DNA of 64,000 nt, taken from NCBI GenBank assembly GCA_004022145.1, contig RCNU01000013.1; one strand, 5' to 3'. Made by a program: the position numbers and the translations under genes. This document shows, piece by piece, positions 38,661 to 50,304 of the stretch (the first letter of the stretch is position 1; each line of letters begins with the position of its first letter). The notes below the pieces were generated by a model. The model searched no databases, had not been told where the DNA came from, and was given only the letters and a program-made list of their open reading frames with translations. The DNA comes from Paecilomyces variotii. Its lineage: Eukaryota.

Positions 38661-39639
38661 TTGCGCGCTGCAAGTGATCTGGACAACAGACAGCGGGTTC
38701 CTAATCAGTGCATTGATATTGGACGGAGATGAGATGAGGGCAGCATGATTCATATATTATCCAGCACCGCAACGGCTGGCTGTGCCGAGATCTCCTCAGC
38801 GGAACTGGTTGACAGATAGTCGCTTATCCGGCTGAACACATCATGACCTCATGAACAGCCAACCAGGAGGCAGCGAGTTCGAGCAATGCAAAGAAACACC
38901 GATTCGCATTCGCTCAGTCCGGCATGGTAGAGTCCCTATTCCTCCGCCTGCCCGCCGCAGCGAGTGGAGGAGGGCATCTCTTGTCGATTGAACGACGTCC
39001 CCTGGAACGGGGAGGATCCGTAGGCTTCCGACAATGGAATGCTTCCAGTCTATCCATCTCGGTGCACAGGCCCGAAAGGGGGAGTGGAACAGTCCGTTCC
39101 GCAGCAGGTAGAACGCTCCGACATCGTCGTTTGTCCCTGTGAGTCAAGGGTAGTAGTTAGTAGTAGTGTAGAATAATAATAAGTTAGTTAGTTCGTGTTA
39201 ACTGGCAGGTGGTGAGTTGAGTTAGCTAGCTAGTTAGTAGTTAGTTAACTAGGTATTGTTATTAATAAATCAGAACGCAGACGGGACACCGCTGAATCTT
39301 ATAATAATATACCATGGACATCTTCAGGTCACGCCATTGTTAATCTGTTGCTTCCGCTTCATGGCTGTTCCAGAAGTTCTCTAGATAACTCTTAAGTAGC
39401 TCAATTAGTGCCTCTATCCTTCTCGTATGATCTCAAATCTACTCTCCAGGCTGTCTCCTTAGCAAGCTCGAGTCTTGTAATTCTGTCCGACGCTTCCGAG
39501 CCGATCGGCCCCGCTGGAGACTAAAAGTCCAAGATATCATCGAAGAAAGACCGACCCTAGTTGATTAACCAGACAGACAAGGACAGATAAGCATTTGGCA
39601 GTGAGGGTGGGGAAAAATGATAAATGAGAATAGAATAGA

Positions 39640-39663
39640 ATATTATTATTATTATTATTATTA
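39640..39663. repeat. (TAT)n microsatellite
   Basis: tattattattattattattatta read directly. Confidence 0.9.
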
Positions 39664-41273
39664 CCCGTATTCCGTAGAAATAGTCACGGTCTCGGGTTCG
39701 GATCTAGAAGAGTGTTTCTTTTTTTGTTCCTTCAGACCGAGAGACGTGAAACGATTTGGTCAGCAGTCGCATAGTTATCCAGTGGTGGTTAGTTAGTAAT
39801 CCCAGTTTCTTCGATTAGTTACTGACTCAATTACACCTTTTGAGACCTCATCGAGAGTTAGCTAATAAGTAATGTCTATGCCAGTTGCGTAGTCACGGTT
39901 TAATTATCATTGGTGGACGGAAACACTAAGTACAGCGGACATGGAGGATAAACAGGTTGACGATACGCCATCTACGTGATATCCTCCAAATTGCACTGCT
40001 GAAGTGTTGAAAAGGATGCTGGATTCTTCCTGAACTCCCTAACTTAATAATAATAATAATTCCCGAACCTTTCTAAGCACGGACGGAGGAACGGAGGTAT
40101 TATTACTAAAGCATGGATCTACAGACTCATGCCATAAGCAAATTATTATTTAAAAAAACAATCCCCCCTCTATACAACCGGAAGCTGGCTGACAATCCCG
40201 TTCTTTTTCACCGCAGTATCTATACAGAGTGGTGTTCCCAGGAGCAGTTGCGAAATAGAGCTTATTCCGCATAGCAACGCCTGAAAGCCGATGAAATCCC
40301 GCTTGGTCTGGAGTAATCACAGCAGTTTCACTAAACCAGGGTGTAATCTCCACGCCGTTCGCATCAACAAGTTGGATTTGAATTCGTATCTGAGGACGAA
40401 TTGCAGGACCAGCCGTTGTAGATATGCTTGTAACTACCTACCCATCTCCGTCGCTGATCGTAAGATCTATTATCTAGAAGACTTTCTCTCCCAAGTCTTC
40501 TATCCGAGCATCTATGATCGCGTCCTCTGAGATCTCTTCCAGGAAGAAGTCCGCTGTGACTCTCATCTTGACCGTTTGCAATATCTCTTTGGTCACCCTC
40601 GGTGGAAACCAATCGCTATTGTCGAGTGCCCTCCGTAGGATCTCTCTGGTCCTTTTTTAATTTAATCTTCAACAACGCCTAGTCATTTGGGCTTATAAGA
40701 AGAATATCTTGTAGAAAATTGGTGTCTCCGTTAAGTGACCGGGAACAGCGAAGTACCACAGCGGAAGAAGAACAGTCAACCGCTGCTGGGATGCAATATC
40801 ACGCTCGATCCAAGGTATGGAGTCTGAAAGTTCCAAATTCCCAATCCTGCGAATGGCGACAAGTTCACGATCACGAATTCGGAGAGACCTGTGGATTTAC
40901 CCTGGCGTCGCCCTGATGAGGGGCATAGAGGTGCACTGCTAGTTGGCAGTATGTCACCGCCTTAGTTAGCATATCTAGCTCATCCTCGCGGAGGGGAAAT
41001 AGCAAGCATCTTACCTCCTCCACGTCTGCCAGTAGTCATCACGCAGGGTTCTCCTGCATCAAGCCATATCAAGTGGTAGCATGTCCTCATCGATTTGAGA
41101 CCTCCTATCATCAAGTTTAACGTTTGTACTTTGTTTTCAGTCGCCTGTTGGTACAGGCTTAGCCGTGGGGATTCCACGCCGTCGATCATCACCGCGCCAC
41201 TCACTAGTGGCATCTCCCCTCATCGAAACACAAATCATTTCATCAGAATTTTGTCTACTTTCTTTTCCCCTGT

Positions 41274-41640
41274 GCCCTCCCCGCCCAAAATCCGCCTAAC
41301 GACAGTGGAAGGTGTCTTGGGTGGCAATTTCTTGCTGCTCTCGGTCGGTAAGGGACTGAAGGAACCATTCAAACCCTCCTTTGCCATCCTTCCAGATCCA
41401 CTGGCTGTCTCTTGACATGGCCTTGTGGGCGTCTTGGACTATTCTGTCTGGTTGGCAGTCTTTGTCGTAGAACAGAACTCGTGACAACCCATCGGCGACT
41501 TTGTTCCTGGGTCCGGGGATGTAGACGAGGTCTAGACTGAGTTCACGAAGTTTGACAACCCAATACGCATACACTCCCTCGTGGTTATCACTCTGGACGA
41601 ACCGTAGTAAGGGCTTATGGTCTGTATGCCATATCCCGGG
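41274..41640 (-). mobile_element. Ty3/Gypsy LTR-retrotransposon pol fragment (C-terminal RNase H region)
   Basis: HTDHKPLL...WVVKLRELSLDLVYIPGPRNKVADGLSR matches the TDH.PL ... Y.PG..N.VAD.LSR signature. No LTRs, RT or integrase are visible. Confidence 0.85.
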
Positions 41641-43899
41641 TCTGTAGGTGGCCGAGGAGAGAAAGGAGAAGAGATCTCGAGGGGTGGGAGGAGGGTATTT
41701 ATCGTAGCGACGATGGTGTTATATTACCTGTTGCTTCAACATTGGCGATGATCTCTCCGCGATACGTGCTAATAAACTGCCAGCCACAACGAATCCTTGC
41801 AAATGTAAGCATGTAATTATCAGTAAGTATCTGGGATAGTGCGAGTTAAATTAACCACCTCTAGCCCGCTAAGCAACAGGACTCCCAACGGCAATCGACT
41901 AGATATCGGCACTTACTACTCAAGACACGCTTCCCCTTAGAAGCACTGGCCACAGCCGGTCCAGCACCACCAGTCCCAGAGTGGGCACTGTCATCTGGAA
42001 CTAGCAAAGCGCATTGGACCGTTCGTTTCCCTTTTCCGCTTTCTTTCTCTGTAACCTCACTATAACTATTATAACACCTTCGATATCAGCAGTGAGTGTT
42101 TGATAATGGTTCTTCTGCCATTCTGAGCCATGGTCTTGATCCGCTTTCGTCAAAATAAGTGTGTACTATCTCTTTGTCCAGGCTGTAGTCTGCACAAGCT
42201 GTCCTTAATAGAGACACTCTGTAACAGCGTAACGGAAGCTCGGACTCGAATCGTTTGTTCCCGGCTATCTCTGTGCAAACAATTAGTGATCTAATAGATA
42301 TCATTGGTTAGATGACATACCGCGGTGCTTCTGCGAATTACGCGGTTCATAGACCCCCATAAACAGTATTTTGCGTCGAAAATATCTTCTTGGATCCATT
42401 TGAAGGCCAGTGATGCAGCAATAGATGCCATTTAGTCCGCAAAAGAGGAATAGAATCCATTCAAAATCCTGCTCGTAATTCGAAAGACCTGCCACTAATG
42501 CAATGATCGATGCTCAAGAGAGGAACAATTTCTTCATTGCTCCGATAACCGGTATATATTGCAATAGATGTTGCATGATGGTCCTTACCGGACGGCAATT
42601 TGGAAATGTTCGTGTGATTACTTTGCCACTGATCAAATTTGGAGAAAAGGAAGCTGAATTGATAGCAGATGACTTCGGGTTCATCTTACGGTTCAGCGTT
42701 AGGTATGCCTTTGCGATATACATGAATTAATTGTGGCAGTTCGCTCATCCGCAAGAAGAGATAGATTATAGAGAAAACCGTAGAATATACGTAGTGTATA
42801 GCAACTATTTTATCCGTTGTGACTACTCTTGATAATTATATATACCATAAGAAACGATGGCAACGACCATCTCGTTCATTTTTCCTTAGAATCCCGAGTA
42901 GTATTTATGGAAGACAACGATATGTAAAAGCCAGCCAGCTAGGTTAGCTTCTGCGGGAAGGGAGAGCATGGTAGAAGAAATAAAATAAGAGGAAGAGGAA
43001 GAGGGAAGAAGACAAAAGCAGTGCTTAATTAGTATTACAGCCTATTGAATCAGACCGCAGCGCCGTGAATACCAGACAAGTAACCGCTTTTTTCGCCCCT
43101 TCAGCTCGGATGAGCGAATCTCCGGAGTATTGTCCAGTGAAAGTTGTCGATGAATATCGTAACTCTTATGGCTCCTTCCATCTTTTGAAGTTATTCCCCG
43201 AAGTTCAACTGATATTTGATTCGGTTGCTGCCAGCCTATCTTCGCATCGCATCCAGCGTCCGCCCCTCATTCTCAGCGCTGCGAGACAAGCCTCAAACGC
43301 TTACGACCACAGGAACAACACTAACCACTAGATAGTGATCATACTGACAGTGGCGCAGTCATCCAGAGTAATAATTGATCTGATCAATATGAATTCAAGG
43401 CAGCAAGATTTCCGACGCGTCACGTCGGCCTTTAGTCTCGGTGCTTCCGGCTTTATCATTGGACAATCGGACAATCGCAGCGGCTTCAGCTGCCAAAAGG
43501 AGCAGATTACCCTTTCTGCTCTCGTTGAGGCTTCATTATTCGCCTCCGATGCGATTCTGCGACCAATCCTGTATGAACAGGCGCAGTTCCAGATCATAGT
43601 ATCACTTTTACTAGCATGACAACGCGCAATGGCGAAACTGCACTGCGACGGTGGCGGTGGGAGCATGGGTAAGTGAATGTCGCATTTTATGTCTGCCTGG
43701 AGAGCCCAGTCGTCTATATAAGAAGCCATTCTTCCATGTTGGATATGTTCTTTTCTCCATCATCTTCAAGACGCTTTTTCCTACAAAGCAAATTTATCTT
43801 GCTCTCTTGCAGTCCAAGCGGACTTTTGATCTGAAAAATCTGAAAAAGTGCTATCTGCTCATACCACATTCAATCAATCAAAACTTCACTAACAACAGG

Positions 43900-45006
43900 A
43901 TGGCTTCTGTGCACCATTTCCACCATCATCCCCATAGCTTCCATGGCTTTGGGGAGTCTCCCATGGATATGGGAAGTGGTCCCTTCTTTGGTCCTCATGG
44001 TCACCCTCATCATCATCGTCACCACCATCACGGCCCACCTCCCTTCTGGGAACATGCTCATGGCTCCTGGCAGGCCCAGGAATGCTCAGACCACCCTTCT
44101 TCTGAGGAAGCTGATGATGCTTCGCCTTCTGAAAACGAGGGAACTGCAGCTCCCCGCGCAGGTCCAGGTGACCAAGCGGGCGAGCGAAGCCCCGAAGGAC
44201 GTAGACAGGGACGCCGCGGCCGCGGTCACGCTCACGGCCACCACCATGGCGGTCCTCGTGCGTTCCGTGGACACGGTCCAGGTCATCATGGATTTGCTGC
44301 TTTCTCTACTGACTTTACTCGTGGCCGGGGCGGGTTCCACGGCCACCGCGGAGGTCCTCGTGGTCATGGACCGCACTTTGGCCGACGTGGAGGCCACTTC
44401 CACGGCCCTACTCTTAATCAAGAGATCGACTTCATCCCCCGTGCTGACGTCTTCAGTACTGCAAATGAGTTTGTAGTCCATGTTCCCCTGCCTGGAGCCA
44501 AGAAGTCGGACATCAGCGTCGAGTATGATGCTGATCATTCCAGCCTCCGTCTGAAGGGCGTCGTGCACCGACCTGGTATCACTGAAGAGATGAAGGACGC
44601 GCTCGTCCTCGACGGACACGCCTACTGGACGGGTGCGTTTGAAAGAAAAATCAAACTCGGATACCGACGAGAACCAGCTCATATCGACAGCGATAAAATC
44701 ACCGCCTCTCTCAACGATGGTATTCTCGTCGTGGTCTTACCCAAAATCGCCGTCGACCCTGAGAATCAAACAAAGAAAATCCGCATCGAGGTGGTTGACG
44801 ATAAGACCGACTCAACAGGTGAGGATCGCAAGGCAGATGAAGAACAGAGTCCACCAGCCGCGCAACTAGACGCCATGACCGTGGACAGCGAGACGGAAAA
44901 AGGTGAGGACGGTGAGCGAGTCCACACACCCGGTCCCGAATCCGACTTTAGCGATGTTGAGGAAGAAGCAGAAGGTCACGAGTACGTCAAGGTCGACGTG
45001 CAGTAG
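43900..45006 (+). CDS. HSP20/alpha-crystallin-domain protein with His/Gly/Arg-rich N-terminus
   Basis: DFIPRADVF...VPLPGAKKSDISVEYD...GAFERKIKL...ITASLNDGILVVVLPK, followed by an acidic tail. Confidence 0.9.
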   Translation: MASVHHFHHHPHSFHGFGESPMDMGSGPFFGPHGHPHHHRHHHHGPPPFWEHAHGSWQAQECSDHPSSEEADDASPSENEGTAAPRAGPGDQAGERSPEGRRQGRRGRGHAHGHHHGGPRAFRGHGPGHHGFAAFSTDFTRGRGGFHGHRGGPRGHGPHFGRRGGHFHGPTLNQEIDFIPRADVFSTANEFVVHVPLPGAKKSDISVEYDADHSSLRLKGVVHRPGITEEMKDALVLDGHAYWTGAFERKIKLGYRREPAHIDSDKITASLNDGILVVVLPKIAVDPENQTKKIRIEVVDDKTDSTGEDRKADEEQSPPAAQLDAMTVDSETEKGEDGERVHTPGPESDFSDVEEEAEGHEYVKVDVQ

Positions 45007-45427
45007 ACCAAAACAGGGAAACAATGCAGAAAAGTACTGTACAAGACACAAAGGATGAAGAGAGGAACATCAAGGCAAAAACATACAATCGAAAATATAC
45101 AACTGAAGATCCTTATGATCTTCTGATTATTTAGTTTAGGAGTTCGGAGTTTTGAATCTATTGGCTTTCCCCTTTGGGGGTTTTTTTTTATTACTTCCAT
45201 TGTAAGTCATGAGCAATAATAATATATCCAATACCACACATGGCGGATAAAGAGAATCCAATGACTGGGCTGCTTCCGCCCGTCCCAAATATCATAACTT
45301 CATAAAAATTTCATGACAACAACTTTTGAATATATACAGCCCCCCCCTTCTTTTTCCAGATCCAAAGTCTCATCATATATACCTAATATCACAAAATATT
45401 CATAAACCCATACATATACCTCATTAC

Positions 45428-48400
45428 TCATGACTCCCCACGGCTAACTTCCCTACTGCTTCGAGCGAGAAAACTCGTTTTCGCTACTCCATTCGCGTAA
45501 CGATATGCGCTCGGGGATGCTTCGCGTGTTGAAACCGGTAGGACACTCGTAGAGAAGACTGAGTCATTACCGCGCTGGCTCCTGGCCACACTGAGGATCT
45601 TTTCCATGTGTAGCGTGCGAGCCGATTCGCCCTGGCCGCAGTTTTGATGCTGGGGTTTCTTCTTCTTCTTCTTCTTCTTCCGTATTGAGAGCCATTGCTT
45701 CATTCCGCGTAAGGCTCGCTGGAAAGCGTCGCGGATGTCGTCAATGGAGAGGGCGACAAGGATGAGAGGGATGGAAATGGCGAAGCCGATGCCAAAAACG
45801 TATTTGCAGACGTAGGATATAGGGAGGCTCTCTTGGCCGTTATTGTCGTGGGGCAGTTCGCTGATGCTGATGGCGAAGAAGGAGGTGATGAATGATAAAG
45901 GTAGGAAAATGATCGTCACGAGAGTGAAGACCATGATTGTCTTTCCCTGTCTCGCAGTTCCAGCGGCCTGGTCGCGGGCGAAACGGGCCTCGAAGGCGTT
46001 GGCGTGTTTCTGCTTGAGATCGAGTAAGTCGGTGATGGAAGCATAGATTCGTTCCGCTTGCTTGTCCATCCGGTCGACGTCTTTGACGTGCATTTCGATC
46101 GTCCTCTGTTGGTCCTTGAATCGTTTCTTTACTTCGTGCTGGGACCGGTGTTCTCCGTGATAGATATCGCATATGGCATCCTGCAGAGCCGTGAGGACCT
46201 GTTCCTGGTGTTCCAGCACTGTCCGGATCATCCTGAGTTCGTCACGGATATCCTTGGCTTCGGCGAGAAGGTCCGTCTCCTGACCGATATCGAGCAATTT
46301 ATCGACAAAGAGGGGTTCCTGATTCTCATCTTCGTCGTCCAGTCCGTCTCTACTGTCATCCTTGCGGTCGTGCTTCTTGGATGCAGATTCGAGATTCCGG
46401 GAAAAGCGATTCGGCTTGCGGTGATGCTTTAACCATTCAGATGCTTGGGCTGACGCCTCGTTGAACTCCTTGAACAGCACCGTCTCGCGATCTGTTGCCG
46501 TGCCGATAGACGACTCAAACATATCGAGAAACTGGTATTCCTCGTCGCCCATTCTATAGCGGTCGAACACGCCCGAGCACCGATTTGTGATCGTCATAGC
46601 GAGGTCGTAGACAGTTTTGACAGGATCTCGAGTCTTCGAGTTGATGTCCTCGATGATACCGTCGAGCACATTCAGCGGATCATTCTTTGGCTGCTCCCAC
46701 CGTTGCGGAAAGCTAGTCACGACGACATTTTTACCCAAAATCCACATCCATAACTGGTCTACCATGAAAATCTTAGGCTCATCTGGACATCTGCTGGTAC
46801 CCTGGGCTTTGATCTGGTAACGATAGACGACTTGATCCTGGTCGCGACTCCTGGTGTCTATGTTCGGGTAGAAGAACTGATCTAATGTTCGACGCACATG
46901 TAATGAAGTTGTTGAAGATGTAAGATGCGCCCTTATAAGCATCTCATCGCACGTGCGCGGTTTGTATAGTCCCGGGTGAAAAGTCCGCATCTCGGCTCGT
47001 TGGATGGCCTCTTGCATCTTTTGTCGTCCTTCAGCGGTCTCAAAGTGAAGATACGGCATGAACACGCAGACATTACATCTTGGAACAGAAGTGGGATCTT
47101 TCCATGCAGGCGAAGGCAGAGCGCGCCGATGATCTGAACCGGCATTCAATTTCTTCTGGTCCGCTTTCATATGGTCCTGTCCAGCACGGCCACGTTTTCC
47201 AGACCCCTTTCCTTTCTTTCCCTGCGAGTCGCCGGTATCGTCGTGAGATGATGAATCTTGCCGCTCTCCTTTCATGGTCGAAGTCCTTGACAACTTTTTC
47301 GGCGGGGCCTCTTGCAGCGTTATCGACTTGGTCTGGGTCATCGCCTTGGATTGGCCGCCAATAAGGATACTTGGGATGGTAGGCTCCTCTCGTCTGTCCG
47401 ATTCCTCTTCGTCCCTGTTCCGCGGCGCACGCGGGGTGCTTTGACAAAGAGGCCTCATGAATACGGAATGGGTCCGCTGTCCGCGATGCTGGTAGTTGAA
47501 CGACTTTTCAAGACCCTTGAACGCTTCCACATCACTTGCGCCTTCTTCGATAAAAGCCTTCGTCAGAAGCGCTTCGACCCACGCCATGTTGTTCGCAGGG
47601 AGATGGATCCATCGGAAATCAGTTGCCCTGTCTTCATCCGGGAGAGTCGTGAAAGCCTGCTTTCGCGGATTCTCGGGATCCCTACCATACAATAGGTCGA
47701 ATACGGTTATCTTCCTCACTCTGTTCTCGTTTCGATAGTTTCCGAAATCCACTACAGTCGCATCGAATCCTTCGCAAGCGCCTCTTGCATCCTCTGAGAG
47801 AGCTTCGACATGGTTAAAGGGAGCTAGAAGTCGAACTATCTCCTTCCTCCTGAACTGGGCAGCTCGCAGGAAAGGAGTACTGCCGAACGTGTCACGGATC
47901 CTCCTCTTGGTCTCTGGTATTTCCAACAGACACTCGACAACCTTCAAGTGACCAGCCTGCGCAGCAATATGCAATGACGTAGTCCCGTTGAGCAATTGAC
48001 TGTTGACATCCGAACCAGCGCGCAAGAGCATACGGACGATCTTCTCGGAGCCTTTATCGCAAGCATTGTGTAAGGGCGTCCATCCACCATCGCTCCTCGC
48101 GTTGATGTCAGCATTGTACTTGAGCAACAAGTCTACCATGTCATCTCTGTCGTGAGCCGCTGCAATATGAAGTGCGGTCTTCCCTCTCGATTCGGTTTCG
48201 TTGATATCAGCCTTGGGGCCATTGAGTCTGGTAAGCAGCATCTGCGCCAGACGTACTTTGCCGGTAGCGCAGGCCCAGTGCAACGGCGTGCGTCCCAGCT
48301 CATCCTGCGCTTCGATCTTGCAATCTGTATCCAACAGCAGACGAATTATATCTTCACCCCAGTCGCACTGCTTATCTGCACCGAGGTTATGCAAGACATT

Positions 48401-48859
48401 CCGTCTTCTGTGATCGGTCCTGTTGACATCTGCACCTCTACAGATCAGCAGGTGAAGAATATGCCAGTGATTCTGCCACGCAGCCGTCATCAACGGAGTG
48501 CGACCCTTTTTATCCTGCGTCTCCGGCGATGCTCCGTAATCGAGCAGGACTTGCACGACCCTGATATGGTTCCGCTCCACGGCTCGCAGGAGCGGAGAAG
48601 GTTGATTGCCCTCGACATCGGTCTTTGCGCCTTGACTCAACAGAAACTGTGTCGTTGCGACGCATCCTCGCGTCGCGCTTCGCATGAGCCCGATTCGCAA
48701 GAAGTCGTCGCTGAATTGCCCATTGTTGCGCGCTTCTTGGATAATGTGCCGCAGAGCGTCTGTATCATCCTGCTCCGCCGCCCGCAGCAGCTTCGGTTCC
48801 AAACGGGCATTATTGTCGCTTCCAATAGTTGACCTGGACCTCGACCTCGCCATTCTCAT
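45428..48859 (-). CDS. Ankyrin-repeat protein with C-terminal CorA-like two-TM domain
   Basis: Multiple ankyrin repeats (GRTPLMTAA, GRTPLHWAC, GKTALHIAA, GWTPLHNAC), then WIHLPANN, RRTLDQF, MVDQLWMWIL and the TM segment IMVFTLVTIIFLPLSFITSFF. Confidence 0.9.
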   Translation of the reverse strand: MRMARSRSRSTIGSDNNARLEPKLLRAAEQDDTDALRHIIQEARNNGQFSDDFLRIGLMRSATRGCVATTQFLLSQGAKTDVEGNQPSPLLRAVERNHIRVVQVLLDYGASPETQDKKGRTPLMTAAWQNHWHILHLLICRGADVNRTDHRRRNVLHNLGADKQCDWGEDIIRLLLDTDCKIEAQDELGRTPLHWACATGKVRLAQMLLTRLNGPKADINETESRGKTALHIAAAHDRDDMVDLLLKYNADINARSDGGWTPLHNACDKGSEKIVRMLLRAGSDVNSQLLNGTTSLHIAAQAGHLKVVECLLEIPETKRRIRDTFGSTPFLRAAQFRRKEIVRLLAPFNHVEALSEDARGACEGFDATVVDFGNYRNENRVRKITVFDLLYGRDPENPRKQAFTTLPDEDRATDFRWIHLPANNMAWVEALLTKAFIEEGASDVEAFKGLEKSFNYQHRGQRTHSVFMRPLCQSTPRAPRNRDEEESDRREEPTIPSILIGGQSKAMTQTKSITLQEAPPKKLSRTSTMKGERQDSSSHDDTGDSQGKKGKGSGKRGRAGQDHMKADQKKLNAGSDHRRALPSPAWKDPTSVPRCNVCVFMPYLHFETAEGRQKMQEAIQRAEMRTFHPGLYKPRTCDEMLIRAHLTSSTTSLHVRRTLDQFFYPNIDTRSRDQDQVVYRYQIKAQGTSRCPDEPKIFMVDQLWMWILGKNVVVTSFPQRWEQPKNDPLNVLDGIIEDINSKTRDPVKTVYDLAMTITNRCSGVFDRYRMGDEEYQFLDMFESSIGTATDRETVLFKEFNEASAQASEWLKHHRKPNRFSRNLESASKKHDRKDDSRDGLDDEDENQEPLFVDKLLDIGQETDLLAEAKDIRDELRMIRTVLEHQEQVLTALQDAICDIYHGEHRSQHEVKKRFKDQQRTIEMHVKDVDRMDKQAERIYASITDLLDLKQKHANAFEARFARDQAAGTARQGKTIMVFTLVTIIFLPLSFITSFFAISISELPHDNNGQESLPISYVCKYVFGIGFAISIPLILVALSIDDIRDAFQRALRGMKQWLSIRKKKKKKKKPQHQNCGQGESARTLHMEKILSVARSQRGNDSVFSTSVLPVSTREASPSAYRYANGVAKTSFLARSSREVSRGES

Positions 48860-50304
48860 AATACACAGTTCCCTACCTATCCTGTTTGGAGAGCCTGGCT
48901 CACCACCATATCTTTATCGTCAGCTAGGAAGTCATTCGGCGGCTGGGGATCGTGCGCTCCCCGCAAGAAAACAACGATACTCGAATGCGCTCTGTGTGCA
49001 GATTAGTGTACCGTAGACAGTCGCCTATCAGCAATTGCACAATATTACCAGAGATGATCGAAACCGCACAAAACATCCGCAGCAGAGGTACTTTCACCAG
49101 GACAAATCAGTCCAACATCGAAGCAAAACCGTCGAGATAAGCTCGCACACACTTTCTCAAGCTGGATGCCATAATGGCGCCTCAGACCTAAGTACCCCCG
49201 GTCATCTCTTTTCTTACTTAGTGGCGCCTCGTATTCTTCCCGTGCGGACGATCTTCTGCGGCTGAGAAGAGCCGGCGTCAGCGGTCTAGAACAGAGCGGG
49301 AAAAATGAAACGACCTACCTAGGTACAGATAGATACATCTCGCAGAAATTATTTTCAGCCAATGTATGTAAATTCAATCATGACGCAGGCTAAGTAGATG
49401 TTGTCGTCTTTTTCTACCTTTTCTTGTTCCTGGAACCGCATCTCGGGGAGAACCTTTGCGAGATTAAACTTAAGCATGGATACGTAGAACCACGGAACTC
49501 GCAGTGGAATCGAACCATGGCCTACTTAGAATTAGATGCTGTTTTAGCGGCGGCCCCGACCTTGTTTGCTTCCCCGCCGCAGGTTTATTTAACATCAGTG
49601 GAGCAATCTGAAGGATTATCTGAAACCTCAATTATGAGTGTTTCAATTTTAACCTGCTGGGGCTGATTACTTGGCTCGTGAGGTTGCTATAGTTCTATGG
49701 CATGTACTATGTACCGACGGGAGTTAGACGATGAGAATCACTTCTGCGCAATACTTATACCATAACACCTGATGGAATGAATGCTTCTTATTTCTCTATC
49801 TGGATCAGAGCAGCCATCCCAACGACGCCTTGAATGCAGTCACAAATTAAACGGTTCTTTTTTCGTCTCTTCCCTTTCTATCAGTAAGATCATGTCACCT
49901 TGCGCCGGGCCACCCACCCCTCCGGACCACTTATAAAAGGAAAAGAGAGGAAAAAACAAAAAAAAAAAAAAAGAAAAAAGAAAAAAAGACTACACACACA
50001 GAAGGCAAAAGGATATTATGGTTCATTACAGTCAGCAAGGACGCAAACAGGTCAAGGGATAGTAGTAAGTACCAAGAAAGTAAAATCGAGGGGGGTTACC
50101 GGATGGCAGACTCCAAAAGATTCTCATAAACAGGACAACATGCAGATTATGATGTAGGGAGAGGCAACCATAGTAATAACGGTCCCTGATGCTAGATTCA
50201 GTAAAACAAAACTCTCGGGAAGTACTTGGAAAGGGGTATAAAGCCAGTTGAAGAGCTTGATAATCGATAGACTCGTGTGATGACATCTGCACTAAGGGCT
50301 ATCA

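Noticed and set aside
49936-49990. Poly-Lys ORF segment
   Set aside because: An A-rich tract in the 3' region of the minus-strand gene, not coding.
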